Below, piece by piece: positions 37,416-46,113 of a DNA stretch of 64,000 nt. Position 1 is the stretch's first letter; each line of letters opens with the position of its first letter. Origin of the DNA: Ruminiclostridium sp. (GTDB lineage: Bacteria; Bacillota; Clostridia; Oscillospirales; Oscillospiraceae); the NCBI GenBank assembly GCA_017435425.1, contig JAFSFC010000009.1, positions 10,050 through 74,049 of the forward strand. Direction: 5' to 3'. Under the pieces are notes generated by a model. The model was given only the letters and a program-made list of their open reading frames with translations. It was not told where the DNA came from and searched no databases. A program made the position numbers and the translations under genes.

Positions 37416-39980
37416 ATGGCTTCCACACAAAAGAAATCTGCAAGCACCAAGAAAACCACTGACAAGAAAACCGACACCAAGGCAAAGACCAAGGGCAAGA
37501 CCAAGAAGGAAAAGCCTGCCGTCTACGCCCCCAACATGGTGGCCCGGGGTGTGGGCGCAGCCGTCTGCGTCTTCCTGACCGTCCTGCTGGTCCTGAGCGC
37601 CTGCCATGTGTCCGCCGTGGTGGTGGACTTTTTGGCAGACGGGGTGAAGGGCCTGGTGGGCTACGGCATCTATGCCGTCATCTTCTCCCTGGTCATGGCC
37701 GCCTGGGTCCTCCTCTTCCGCCGGCAGAAACCGGTGGTCCTGCGGCTCTGGTGTCTGGGCCTGCTCCCCCTCTTCGTGGGGGCTCTGGGCCATATGTTCC
37801 TCTCGCCCTACCCCTACACCATGGAGTTTTCCACCTTCTCCAAGCTGTGGACCGACGGCACCCATCTGTTCTCCGGCGGTGTCCTGGGGGGCTTTTTGAG
37901 TATCTCCTTCTGCACCTGGTTCAGCGCCATCGGCGCCGGGATCATTTTCGTCCTGGCCCTCCTGCTGCTGCTGGCGGGGTCCTTCCACCTGACCCCGGCG
38001 GCTATCCTGGCCTGGAACCGCAGACGGCGTGAACGGGACGACGAGTACTACGACGGCTACGACTATGACGACGAGTACTACGACGACGATCCCCTGGCCG
38101 ACCTGCCCCCTGTCCGGGAAGAGGAGCCCATCTTCTACCGGAACAGCCCCCCGCCTGGGGAGATCAAGCCCGTGCCGGACATGCCTCTGGATAAAAAGCC
38201 CGAACCCGAGAAGCCCAAGAAGTCGGAAAAGTCCGGCGGCCTGGGCGGTCTCTTCGGCAAGAAGTCCAAGGGGGCAGAGCCCCAGCCCGAGCCTGCCGAC
38301 ACCATCTCCTTTGATGACCCTGTGGAGGAACTCCCCCCTGTGAAGGAGCCCACCAAGGCCCAGCAGAAGGAGGCCATCCGTCAGGAGGCCCAGAAGGTGG
38401 CCGAGACCATCGAGAAGAACAAGGAGACTGAGCAGAAGTCCTATATTTACCCGCCCCTGGACCTGCTGAAGGCCCCAGGAAAGGAAAAGGCCAAGGCCGC
38501 CCACGAGGAGCTGGAGGGGACTCTGTCCCGCCTGGCCAGCGTTCTGGCCTCCTTCGGGGTGGACGGCCACGTGACCGGCGCCGTCCAGGGTCCTTCCGTT
38601 ACCCGGTATGACGTGGCCCTGGAGCAGGGCGTTCGTCTGAACAAACTCACCAACCTGGCCGACGACGTGGCCCTGGCCCTGGGTGTGTCCAGTGTCCGCA
38701 TTGCCCCCGTCCCCGACCAGATCTCCGTGGTGGGCATCGAGGTCCCCAACCGGACCGTCATCCCCGTCCCCATCCGGGAGGTGCTGGACACCCCCGACTT
38801 CCGCCGCCACAAGTCCTCTGCCGCCTTCTCGGTGGGCAAGGACATCAGCGGCAGCTACATCATCGGCGACTGCGCTACCCTGCCCCACCTGCTCATTGCC
38901 GGTACCACCGGTTCCGGTAAGTCGGTGTGCATCAACTCCCTCATCGTGAGTATGCTCTACAAGTCCACCCCCGAGGAGCTCAAGCTCATCATGGTGGACC
39001 CCAAGATGGTGGAGCTGGGGGGATACAACGGCATCCCCCATCTGCTCATCCCCGTGGTCACCGACCCCAAGAAGGCGGCGGGCGCCCTCCAGTGGGCGGT
39101 CACCGAGATGATGAAGCGCTACCGGCTCTTTGCCGAGGCGGGGGTCCGGGACCTGGCCGGCTACAACCAGTGGGCCAAAAAGAACGATCGGGAGACTCTG
39201 GCCAAGGTGGTCATCGTCATCGACGAGCTGGCCGATCTGATGCTGGTGGCCGCCAAGGAGGTGGAGGAATCCATCTGCCGGGTGGCCCAGATGGGCCGTG
39301 CCTCCGGCATGCACCTGGTCATCGCCACCCAGCGTCCCTCTGCCGATGTGATCACCGGCCTCATGAAGGCCAACATCCCCTCCCGCATCGCCTTCGCCGT
39401 GGCCTCCTCCCTGGAGTCCCGGATCATCCTGGACCAGACCGGCGCCGAGAAGCTGGTGGGCAAGGGCGACATGCTCTGGTACCCTCTGGGTTCCGGCAAG
39501 CCCCGCCGTGTCCAGGGCTGCTTCATTTCCGACGAGGAAGTGGCCTCTGTGGTGGAGAAGGTCAAGGAGAATGCCACCGCCCAGTACGACGACGACATTC
39601 TCGAGCAGATCGAGCAGCACGTGTCCGAGTCCGAGAAGAAGGGCAAGGGCTCCGGTTCCGGCGGCTTCCCCGGCGGAGACGGCCCCGAGGGCCGGGACGA
39701 GCTCTTCAACGAGGCCGTGGAGGTCACCCTGGACCTGGGCCAGGCCTCGGTCTCCATGCTCCAGCGGCGGCTGAAGCTGGGCTATGCCCGGGCTGCCCGT
39801 CTGGTGGACCAGATGGAGCAGGAGGGCATCGTAGGACCCTTTGAGGGGTCCAAGCCCCGGCAGCTCCTGATTACCAAGGAGCAGTGGTCCGCCCTTCAGG
39901 GCGGGGGAGAGAACCCACCTGTGGAGGAGGAGCTTTTCGACTTCGACGACGCTGTCCCTCAAGCCTATCTGGATGAATAA
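37416..39980 (+). CDS. ftsK: FtsK/SpoIIIE DNA translocase
   Basis: N-terminal TM region, PHLLIAGTTGSGKS, IDELADLM, ATQRPS, EKLVGKGDML and gamma domain LQRRLKLGYARAARL. Confidence 0.96.
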   Translation: MASTQKKSASTKKTTDKKTDTKAKTKGKTKKEKPAVYAPNMVARGVGAAVCVFLTVLLVLSACHVSAVVVDFLADGVKGLVGYGIYAVIFSLVMAAWVLLFRRQKPVVLRLWCLGLLPLFVGALGHMFLSPYPYTMEFSTFSKLWTDGTHLFSGGVLGGFLSISFCTWFSAIGAGIIFVLALLLLLAGSFHLTPAAILAWNRRRRERDDEYYDGYDYDDEYYDDDPLADLPPVREEEPIFYRNSPPPGEIKPVPDMPLDKKPEPEKPKKSEKSGGLGGLFGKKSKGAEPQPEPADTISFDDPVEELPPVKEPTKAQQKEAIRQEAQKVAETIEKNKETEQKSYIYPPLDLLKAPGKEKAKAAHEELEGTLSRLASVLASFGVDGHVTGAVQGPSVTRYDVALEQGVRLNKLTNLADDVALALGVSSVRIAPVPDQISVVGIEVPNRTVIPVPIREVLDTPDFRRHKSSAAFSVGKDISGSYIIGDCATLPHLLIAGTTGSGKSVCINSLIVSMLYKSTPEELKLIMVDPKMVELGGYNGIPHLLIPVVTDPKKAAGALQWAVTEMMKRYRLFAEAGVRDLAGYNQWAKKNDRETLAKVVIVIDELADLMLVAAKEVEESICRVAQMGRASGMHLVIATQRPSADVITGLMKANIPSRIAFAVASSLESRIILDQTGAEKLVGKGDMLWYPLGSGKPRRVQGCFISDEEVASVVEKVKENATAQYDDDILEQIEQHVSESEKKGKGSGSGGFPGGDGPEGRDELFNEAVEVTLDLGQASVSMLQRRLKLGYARAARLVDQMEQEGIVGPFEGSKPRQLLITKEQWSALQGGGENPPVEEELFDFDDAVPQAYLDE

Positions 39981-40111
39981 CACAAAAAGCAGAGCTGATC
40001 TCAGCTCTGCTTTTTTAATTTAGGTAAGCCCCCGCCCTACAGGCAAAGTTGCTCGCCTGTAGGGCCTTGCTCACGTTGGACAGAAGAGAGACCCAAAGGT
40101 CCAGGCAATAA

Positions 40112-40277
40112 CCTCTCCCTCCGGGAGAGGTGGCGCCGCCGCAGGCGGTGACGGAGAGGGCTTGAACGTGTCGTTATCCCGCATCGGCAGATATCCGCCC
40201 TCTCAGTCAGCTTCGCTGCCGGCTCTCCCGAAGGGAGAGCGTTCTCTCTGTCATAGGGGCGGATTCCATATCCGCCC
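40112..40277. repeat. Composite repeat: family-M arms in swapped order plus a GTAG-like REP
   Basis: gagaggtggc..gacggagaggg...ccctctcagtcagcttcgctg.. followed by cataggggcggattccatatccgccc. Confidence 0.7.
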
Positions 40278-40313
40278 GCTCCCTGGAGGGCTGGATCCAC
40301 GTTGGACAGGGAC

Positions 40314-40889
40314 TCAGGCGTTCCCTGGTTCAGGCGTTTCTGCATATGTACCTGTCAGACCGGAAAAAAGAAGGGTAATGATCCGCCCCAGGGTTTTCGG
40401 GCTCTCCCGAAAATCGTTTTCTACCCAGCGGGAGAGAACGGAAAGGCAGGTGTCTATGACGAAATCAGAGAAATAGTCCCGGGAAGGTCCCTCCAGAGCC
40501 TGGGCAAAGGGAATGTATTGCCGCACGACTTCCATATAATCCAGTAAAACCTCCCGCAGGAGAAAAAACAGATGATTCCGCCACAAAAGGGTCAGAAGGC
40601 GGTGGGAGAAGGGGAGATGCTCGAACAGGGATTGGGCATACAGGGATCGGCTGTCCCGGGTGTGGAGATTTCGCAGATAGGTATCCAGCAGACAGTGAAG
40701 ATGGTAGATGAGAATGTCCTCTTTGCTGTCGAAGTTGCGGTAGAAGGTCTGGCGGGAGACCTCCGCTTCCTGGCAGATCTGAGTGACGGTGATCTCCGGA
40801 TAAAGCTCAACTTCCATGAGTGTCAGGAGCCCCCGGATCATCCTGTCCTTGGACCGGATGGCCTGGGGATTGGAGCTGGGGTGGTACAT
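40314..40889 (-). CDS. TetR/AcrR-family regulator
   Basis: ITVTQICQEAEVSRQTFYRNFDSKEDIL HTH, divergent from the SDR. Confidence 0.9.
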   Translation of the reverse strand: MYHPSSNPQAIRSKDRMIRGLLTLMEVELYPEITVTQICQEAEVSRQTFYRNFDSKEDILIYHLHCLLDTYLRNLHTRDSRSLYAQSLFEHLPFSHRLLTLLWRNHLFFLLREVLLDYMEVVRQYIPFAQALEGPSRDYFSDFVIDTCLSVLSRWVENDFRESPKTLGRIITLLFSGLTGTYAETPEPGNA

Positions 40890-40976
40890 GTGACAAAACC
40901 TCCAATATGTTGCACTTGTTACAGTTTGATTGAAGTATGCTTTGGTTCATATTATAATAAAAAAGAAAGATGTTTC

Positions 40977-40989
40977 AAGTGTAACACTT
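40977..40989. promoter_or_regulatory. Candidate TetR operator (AAGTGT-A-ACACTT)
   Basis: Perfect palindrome just upstream of the SDR RBS, in the divergent intergenic region. Confidence 0.5.
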
Positions 40990-41009
40990 AGTTGGAAAGG
41001 AGCATGCAT

Positions 41010-41777
41010 ATGGGAATCCTCAGCGGAAAAGTCGCCATTGTAACAGGAGCCAGCAGCGGTGTGGGCTACGGCATTGCTTTGCGCTTCGCCATGGAAGGGG
41101 CCAAGGTGGTTGCCTGCGCCCGTCGCCTGGAGAATCTGGAAGCCCTTCGGACTGTGGCCGAGGACCGGGGCTATGAGGGCGTTATCCTTCCCTGTAAATG
41201 TGACATTGGGCAGGAGTCGGACATGGATCGGGCTGTCAAGACGGCCATCGACAACTTTGGTACCGTTCATATCCTGGCCAACATTGCCCAGGGTGGTCTG
41301 CACAAGCTGAAAAAGATCCCGGAGACCACCGTGGAAGAGGCCATGGAACTCTATCTTCAGGGACCTGTGGCAAGTATGCTGATGATGCAGAAATGCTTCC
41401 CCTACATGAAGGAGCAGGGGTATGGACGCATTATCAACTGCTCTACCCCCTCTGTGATCGAGGGTACCCCCGGGCAGACTGCCTATGTGATGAGCAAGGG
41501 GGCCATTGACGCCCTGACCAGAGCGGCCTCCCAGGAGTGGGGCCCCTATGGGATCACCACAAACAACTTCCTGCCCACCATCAAAACGGAGAATTTTGAC
41601 AAGTCCGACCGGGGACGGGAATATGCCCGGAAGATGGCCGAGGAGAATCCCATGCGGTATTTCGGCACACCGTTTGAAGACTGCGCCCCTATGATCGCGT
41701 TCCTGTGCAGTGACCAGGCCGGCTACATCAATGGCCAGGCCATTGGCATTGACGGAGGTCGGGTACTCAACTACTGA
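41010..41777 (+). CDS. Classical SDR oxidoreductase
   Basis: TGASSGVG, ARR, NIAQ and YVMSK (YxxxK). Confidence 0.92.
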   Translation: MGILSGKVAIVTGASSGVGYGIALRFAMEGAKVVACARRLENLEALRTVAEDRGYEGVILPCKCDIGQESDMDRAVKTAIDNFGTVHILANIAQGGLHKLKKIPETTVEEAMELYLQGPVASMLMMQKCFPYMKEQGYGRIINCSTPSVIEGTPGQTAYVMSKGAIDALTRAASQEWGPYGITTNNFLPTIKTENFDKSDRGREYARKMAEENPMRYFGTPFEDCAPMIAFLCSDQAGYINGQAIGIDGGRVLNY

Positions 41778-41842
41778 TGCAGAACAAAAAAGGCAGAGCT
41801 GGAAACAGCTCTGCTTTTTTGCTGTTGGCAGGATCCCTGTGC

Positions 41843-41944
41843 AAACTCCCTCCGTCTTCGCTCTTCGGGCGAAATAACCTCCCTCCCCGAGGGAGGTTAT
41901 TTCGCGTTCTCTCTGTCGTAGGGGCGAACGAAGTTCGCCCCTAC
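41843..41944. repeat. Composite repeat: family-M arm plus a GTAG REP palindrome
   Basis: ctccctccgtc..ctccctccccgagggag..gcgttctctctgtcgtaggggcgaacgaagttcgcccctac. Confidence 0.7.
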
Positions 41945-42122
41945 ATCCCGAAACCTGCGATATCTCTCTTGTTGGGGTATCTCCCTCTCTCCCAATTTCC
42001 CAATTTTCCCCGGATCTCCCCCACTTTTTTGTGTAAATCCTCTTTTTCTCATTGAAGTACTGTCCCAATACTGGTATAATGAAGGGTACCAAAGAAGCTG
42101 AGACCCCAAGTGAGGACTGTGT

Positions 42123-43406
42123 ATGTGTTTTGACGACCCCATCTATCTGGACCAGAGCGCCTTTGACGACCTGGTGTCGGATACGGAACAAAACAGAATA
42201 TGCTGGATGCACCACGACATACTGTCTGACACCAAGATCGCCCGGATGTTTGACCAGTATGCCGGTGCCGGTGATGCCCGTCTGGAGGACTGGACCTCCA
42301 TGGCCTGGGTGGCCGCCGGACGGCAGGAGGGCAGCTTCTACCTTTTATTTAAATGGTATGCCGATTTCTACGGTCCGCCGGAACGGGGGGACCTGTACTA
42401 TATTGAGACCGGCAGACGGGGGGATCGGGAGGCCCGGGTCCGGAAGCTGGAGCCCGCCTTTCTTCAGGAGCTGGGCCGCCAGGGCCAGGTGGTTTGCCAG
42501 TCCTTCCTGAGCAAGGTCAGCGAGAACGCCATCGACTATTTTGGGGAGAACGAATTCGAGTTCAGCCAGATCAGCCGCATCCTGCGCCTGCTGGACGAGA
42601 ATCCCGATCAGGAGCTGGAGGCCTTTGACTGGTTCTTCCACCGGGAGACTGACAGCCAGAAGGCTGCCCACTGCGCCACGGTGGCCGCCTTCTTCCGGTC
42701 CGTCCAGACGGTGGAGGAGATCGTCTACCGGGTGGTGGAGACCGACGGCCGGGAATACGCCGTCCACCACATGCACACCGGGGATTTTCTGGCCATCCTG
42801 AACTTCATCTCGGCCTCCATTGACACCCGCCGCCTCCCCGAACTCATCAATATCTTCCAGGAGCTGGCTGACAGCTTCTGCTATGAGCCCATCCGGGCCC
42901 CCCACCTGGGGATGAATGTGGGCCGCTCCCTGAAGAATCTTACCGAGCTGGGCCGCATCCGCTGGCTGCGCATCGAGGGCCAGGGCCGCCAGAAGCTCCT
43001 GCGGGAGCTCTACTGCCGCCGGGCCCCCAGGACAGCCTGGGAGGTCTTCCACCGGTGGCAGGGGGACCTGTACTTCACCGTCCTGCACCGTTCCCCCATC
43101 CGGGGGCTGGACCGGGGTGTCTATCTGCTCAGCCGATTTGAGGACCAGCATGGTATGGACGTCACCGACCTCTTCTGGCTGGAGAACATCGCCGGTGGTG
43201 CCGTCCACCGGTGTGACGGCGAGTTTTTTGAGGAGCTCATGGACCTGCTCATCCGGGAGCCCTGCCGGGGCATCGCCCTCCATGGGGGACGCCGCCGGTC
43301 GGAGGATCTGCTGGCCACCTATCACGACCTGCTGAAGGAGGCCTTCGATAAGGTCCACCGGGGCTTCATCCAGCGCAGGCCATCAGAAAAGGAAAAGATC
43401 TATTGA
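42123..43406 (+). CDS. Hypothetical protein (427 aa) with apparent internal duplication
   Basis: Long ORF with host codon bias and a GAGGA RBS; no family recognised. Confidence 0.8.
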   Translation: MCFDDPIYLDQSAFDDLVSDTEQNRICWMHHDILSDTKIARMFDQYAGAGDARLEDWTSMAWVAAGRQEGSFYLLFKWYADFYGPPERGDLYYIETGRRGDREARVRKLEPAFLQELGRQGQVVCQSFLSKVSENAIDYFGENEFEFSQISRILRLLDENPDQELEAFDWFFHRETDSQKAAHCATVAAFFRSVQTVEEIVYRVVETDGREYAVHHMHTGDFLAILNFISASIDTRRLPELINIFQELADSFCYEPIRAPHLGMNVGRSLKNLTELGRIRWLRIEGQGRQKLLRELYCRRAPRTAWEVFHRWQGDLYFTVLHRSPIRGLDRGVYLLSRFEDQHGMDVTDLFWLENIAGGAVHRCDGEFFEELMDLLIREPCRGIALHGGRRRSEDLLATYHDLLKEAFDKVHRGFIQRRPSEKEKIY

Positions 43407-43451
43407 CCGGTCAGGGGAGACCCTGACGGGAGTGAGAATGGAGGTTATCAT

Positions 43452-44228
43452 ATGGAGTTTGTGAAACTGCGCATCGAAGAGGATGTGGCCATCGTCACCA
43501 TCGACCGGCCCAAGAGCATGAACGCCCTGAACAACCAGGTCTACGAGGAGATCATCGCCAACCTGGAGGCTGTGGAGAAGATGGACGACGTGAAGGTGGT
43601 CATTCTCACCGGCGCCGGACAGAAGGCCTTTGCCGCCGGTGCGGACATCGCCCAGATGGTCAACCAGGACGCCATGGAGGGCCGCTACCTGGGTGGTCTG
43701 TGCCACCGCAGCGCCTACCTGCTGGAGAACATGCGCCAGGTCACCATCGCCGCTGTGAACGGCTTTGCCCTGGGCGGCGGCTGTGAGCTCACCCTGGCCT
43801 GCGATATCCGTGTGGCTGCGGAGAACGCCCGGTTCGCCCTGCCTGAAGTGGGTCTGGGCATCATCCCCGGCGGCGGCGGCACCCAGCGCCTGAGCCGCAT
43901 CATCGGCGTGGGCCGTGCCAAGGAGCTTATCTTCACCTGCGACCAGGTGGATGCCCAGGAGGCCTATCGCCTGGGTCTGGCCAACCATGTGGTCCCCCTG
44001 GAGGAACTCATGGACTATTGCATGGCCATGGCCAAGAAGATCGCTTCCAAGGCCAGCTACGCCGTGTCTGTGGCCAAGGCGGCCATCAACACCAGCGAGA
44101 ACGTGGACCTGCCCAGCGGCTGTGCCCGGGAGCAGGATCTGCTGGGGCTGCTCTTTGCCACCCACGACAAGAAGGAGGGTATGACGGCCTTCCTGGAGCG
44201 CCGGAAGCCCAATTTCAAGGACTTCTAA
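43452..44228 (+). CDS. crt: Enoyl-CoA hydratase/crotonase
   Basis: AFAAGADI, AVNGFALGGGCEL, PEVGLGIIPGGGGTQRLSR and EGMTAFLERRKPNF. Confidence 0.85.
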   Translation: MEFVKLRIEEDVAIVTIDRPKSMNALNNQVYEEIIANLEAVEKMDDVKVVILTGAGQKAFAAGADIAQMVNQDAMEGRYLGGLCHRSAYLLENMRQVTIAAVNGFALGGGCELTLACDIRVAAENARFALPEVGLGIIPGGGGTQRLSRIIGVGRAKELIFTCDQVDAQEAYRLGLANHVVPLEELMDYCMAMAKKIASKASYAVSVAKAAINTSENVDLPSGCAREQDLLGLLFATHDKKEGMTAFLERRKPNFKDF

Positions 44229-44514
44229 GGGAAAAGTTACAAATTCGTTAAAATGACTATGGGCACACTGACTAAGGGATAAAACCCTTGTTGTCCAACG
44301 GTTTTATCAGAAATCATCAGGCTGGACTGGAGAAGTTCAGCCTGATTTTTTGTGCAAAATCACGGCGACGATTTGAAATCTTTACGAAATGGTAACAAAA
44401 TTGAACGATTTGATAACAACACAAACAAAAATTAGTTACAAATAGAAACGAAAATTTGTTGCCTTGTCACAAACTTTTTTGAAAAAGTTCCGTTTTCCCC
44501 CGGTTTTCGGGGAT

Positions 44515-44544
44515 TTGAAATCCATTTGGCCTTTGTGTTATAAT
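44515..44544 (+). promoter_or_regulatory. SigA-type promoter (TTGAAA-18-TATAAT, extended -10) for the cell wall hydrolase
   Basis: ttgaaa...tgtTATAAT; implies a ~145-nt leader. Confidence 0.6.
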
Positions 44545-44694
44545 CCCCAAAGCAAGCGCAAGACGTACTTTCTGCGAAGAGACAGACGCAGACCCGCCCC
44601 AAACCCAGGACCGGGAGACATCCCCCAGCCCCTTTACTGCGCTTGGAAGCTGCGGCAGGGAGGACCCGCTCCGTGAGAACAGGAGTAACAAGCT

Positions 44695-45354
44695 ATGAGA
44701 AAATATCTGATCGCAGCCCTGCTTTGCATGGCGATGCTGGTAGGCATGGTGCCCTCTGCATTTGCGGCATCCAACTACGAAGAGTGCATGGCAGGCATTG
44801 CCCAGCAGAAGGCAATCCAGGCGGAGGCCAACGCCAAGGCCAATGCGCTCCGCAAGCAGGGCTACTCTGAAAGCAGCGCCAACATCCAGGCAGCCAAGGC
44901 CACCTGGAACCAGGCCCAGGCCAAGATCGTGGACTACCAGAACCTGTCCAAGTACACCTGGGACGACATCCGCATCCTGACCACCACCGTCTATTACGAG
45001 GCCGGTCAGACCACCGAACAGCTCCGCCAGTATGTGGCCCGTGTGGCCCTGAACCGTGTGGAGGATAAGCGCTTCCCCAGCAGCGTCTACGGCGTCATCA
45101 CCCAGCCCGGCCAGTACAACACCAAGTACGCCACCGTGGATGCTGCCAACGCCATCAAGGCCAAGGACGCCGCCAACGGCACCAAGCACTGGAACCACTG
45201 CAAGTGGTCCGTTATGGAGGCCATGCGCGGCAACACCGATATGCCCAAGAACGTGCTGTACCAGGCAAACTTCACCCAGGGCAACGGTCTGTGGCAGTCC
45301 GTGTACTTCAACAGCGGCTGGTTCGCCAGCACCAGCTACTTCTGCTACGGCTAA
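44695..45354 (+). CDS. Secreted cell wall hydrolase (SleB/Hydrolase_2-like lytic transglycosylase)
   Basis: Signal peptide, helical N-region, VYYEAG (catalytic Glu), VA.VALNRVED.RFPSSVYGVITQPGQY and C-terminal YFCY. Confidence 0.85.
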   Translation: MRKYLIAALLCMAMLVGMVPSAFAASNYEECMAGIAQQKAIQAEANAKANALRKQGYSESSANIQAAKATWNQAQAKIVDYQNLSKYTWDDIRILTTTVYYEAGQTTEQLRQYVARVALNRVEDKRFPSSVYGVITQPGQYNTKYATVDAANAIKAKDAANGTKHWNHCKWSVMEAMRGNTDMPKNVLYQANFTQGNGLWQSVYFNSGWFASTSYFCYG

Positions 45355-45422
45355 GGGCAGAAGCCCCCAAAACGACAAAAAGCGCCCCCGGCATGGTGTG
45401 TACCATGCCGGGGGCGTGTTGT

Positions 45423-45884
45423 TTATTGGCAGAGATCACCGTTCAGCAGCCAGTAGAGCTCCGGTAGATCCTCGTCCAGGATCTCCCCCCGGGCCACCAG
45501 GTTGGTGGGGCCCTGGGTCCAGGGACCGTCCGGGCCCAGGCTCACCTGATACCGGCGGCGGTCGACCTGCAGGCCCCGGATGGTCCCCTCCGGGGTCTCT
45601 ACCCGCTGGGGCTGACTGCACAGGCCCAGCTCCCGGCCGAACCGGCAGATGCACCGGGCGGCGCTTTCATCCATGGGCCGGAGAGCGCCGTCGCTGCCGT
45701 AGAGGGCGGCGTGGAACCGGCCCTGGTACTTGTCGGCCACCAGCAGGCCGTCGGCCCCCAGGGAGCGGAGGGGGTCGCACAGGGTCCGGGCCAGCAGGGG
45801 AAAGGCGGTGTCGGGCAGATTTTCCCGGCAGTTATTCAGGATAATGAAGTCACTGGGGCTTCCGTTCATTTTCCAGAAATACAT
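45423..45884 (-). CDS. Single-domain DapF-like protein, catalytic Cys lost
   Basis: FWKMNG..SDFIILNN, GADGLL, ARCICRFG, VET and C-terminal GPTNLVARGEILDEDL; only 153 aa. Confidence 0.7.
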   Translation of the reverse strand: MYFWKMNGSPSDFIILNNCRENLPDTAFPLLARTLCDPLRSLGADGLLVADKYQGRFHAALYGSDGALRPMDESAARCICRFGRELGLCSQPQRVETPEGTIRGLQVDRRRYQVSLGPDGPWTQGPTNLVARGEILDEDLPELYWLLNGDLCQ

Positions 45885-46113
45885 GGTGGTTCTCCTTATT
45901 CATACCAATAGGTGGGGTTAAATGCCTTGCTATTACATCATATTCCTATAGGGAATGCAAGGGTAAAAAGGACGAAAATCACAGGAAAGGAATGGGATAA
46001 ATTGACAAAAAGAGTCCCAGATCGGTTTTAGTTTCCCGTCTCTTGACAAAAAGAATTCCGAGGTCTAGTATTTCCTTTGGAAACAAACCTTTTGGGAAAG
46101 GAAGGGACCGGTC

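Noticed and set aside
44230-44510. WalR-like or CRP-like boxes (ttaca/taaca/tcaca repeats) upstream of the cell wall hydrolase
   Set aside because: Half-sites lack the correct direct-repeat spacing and are expected by chance in AT-rich DNA.
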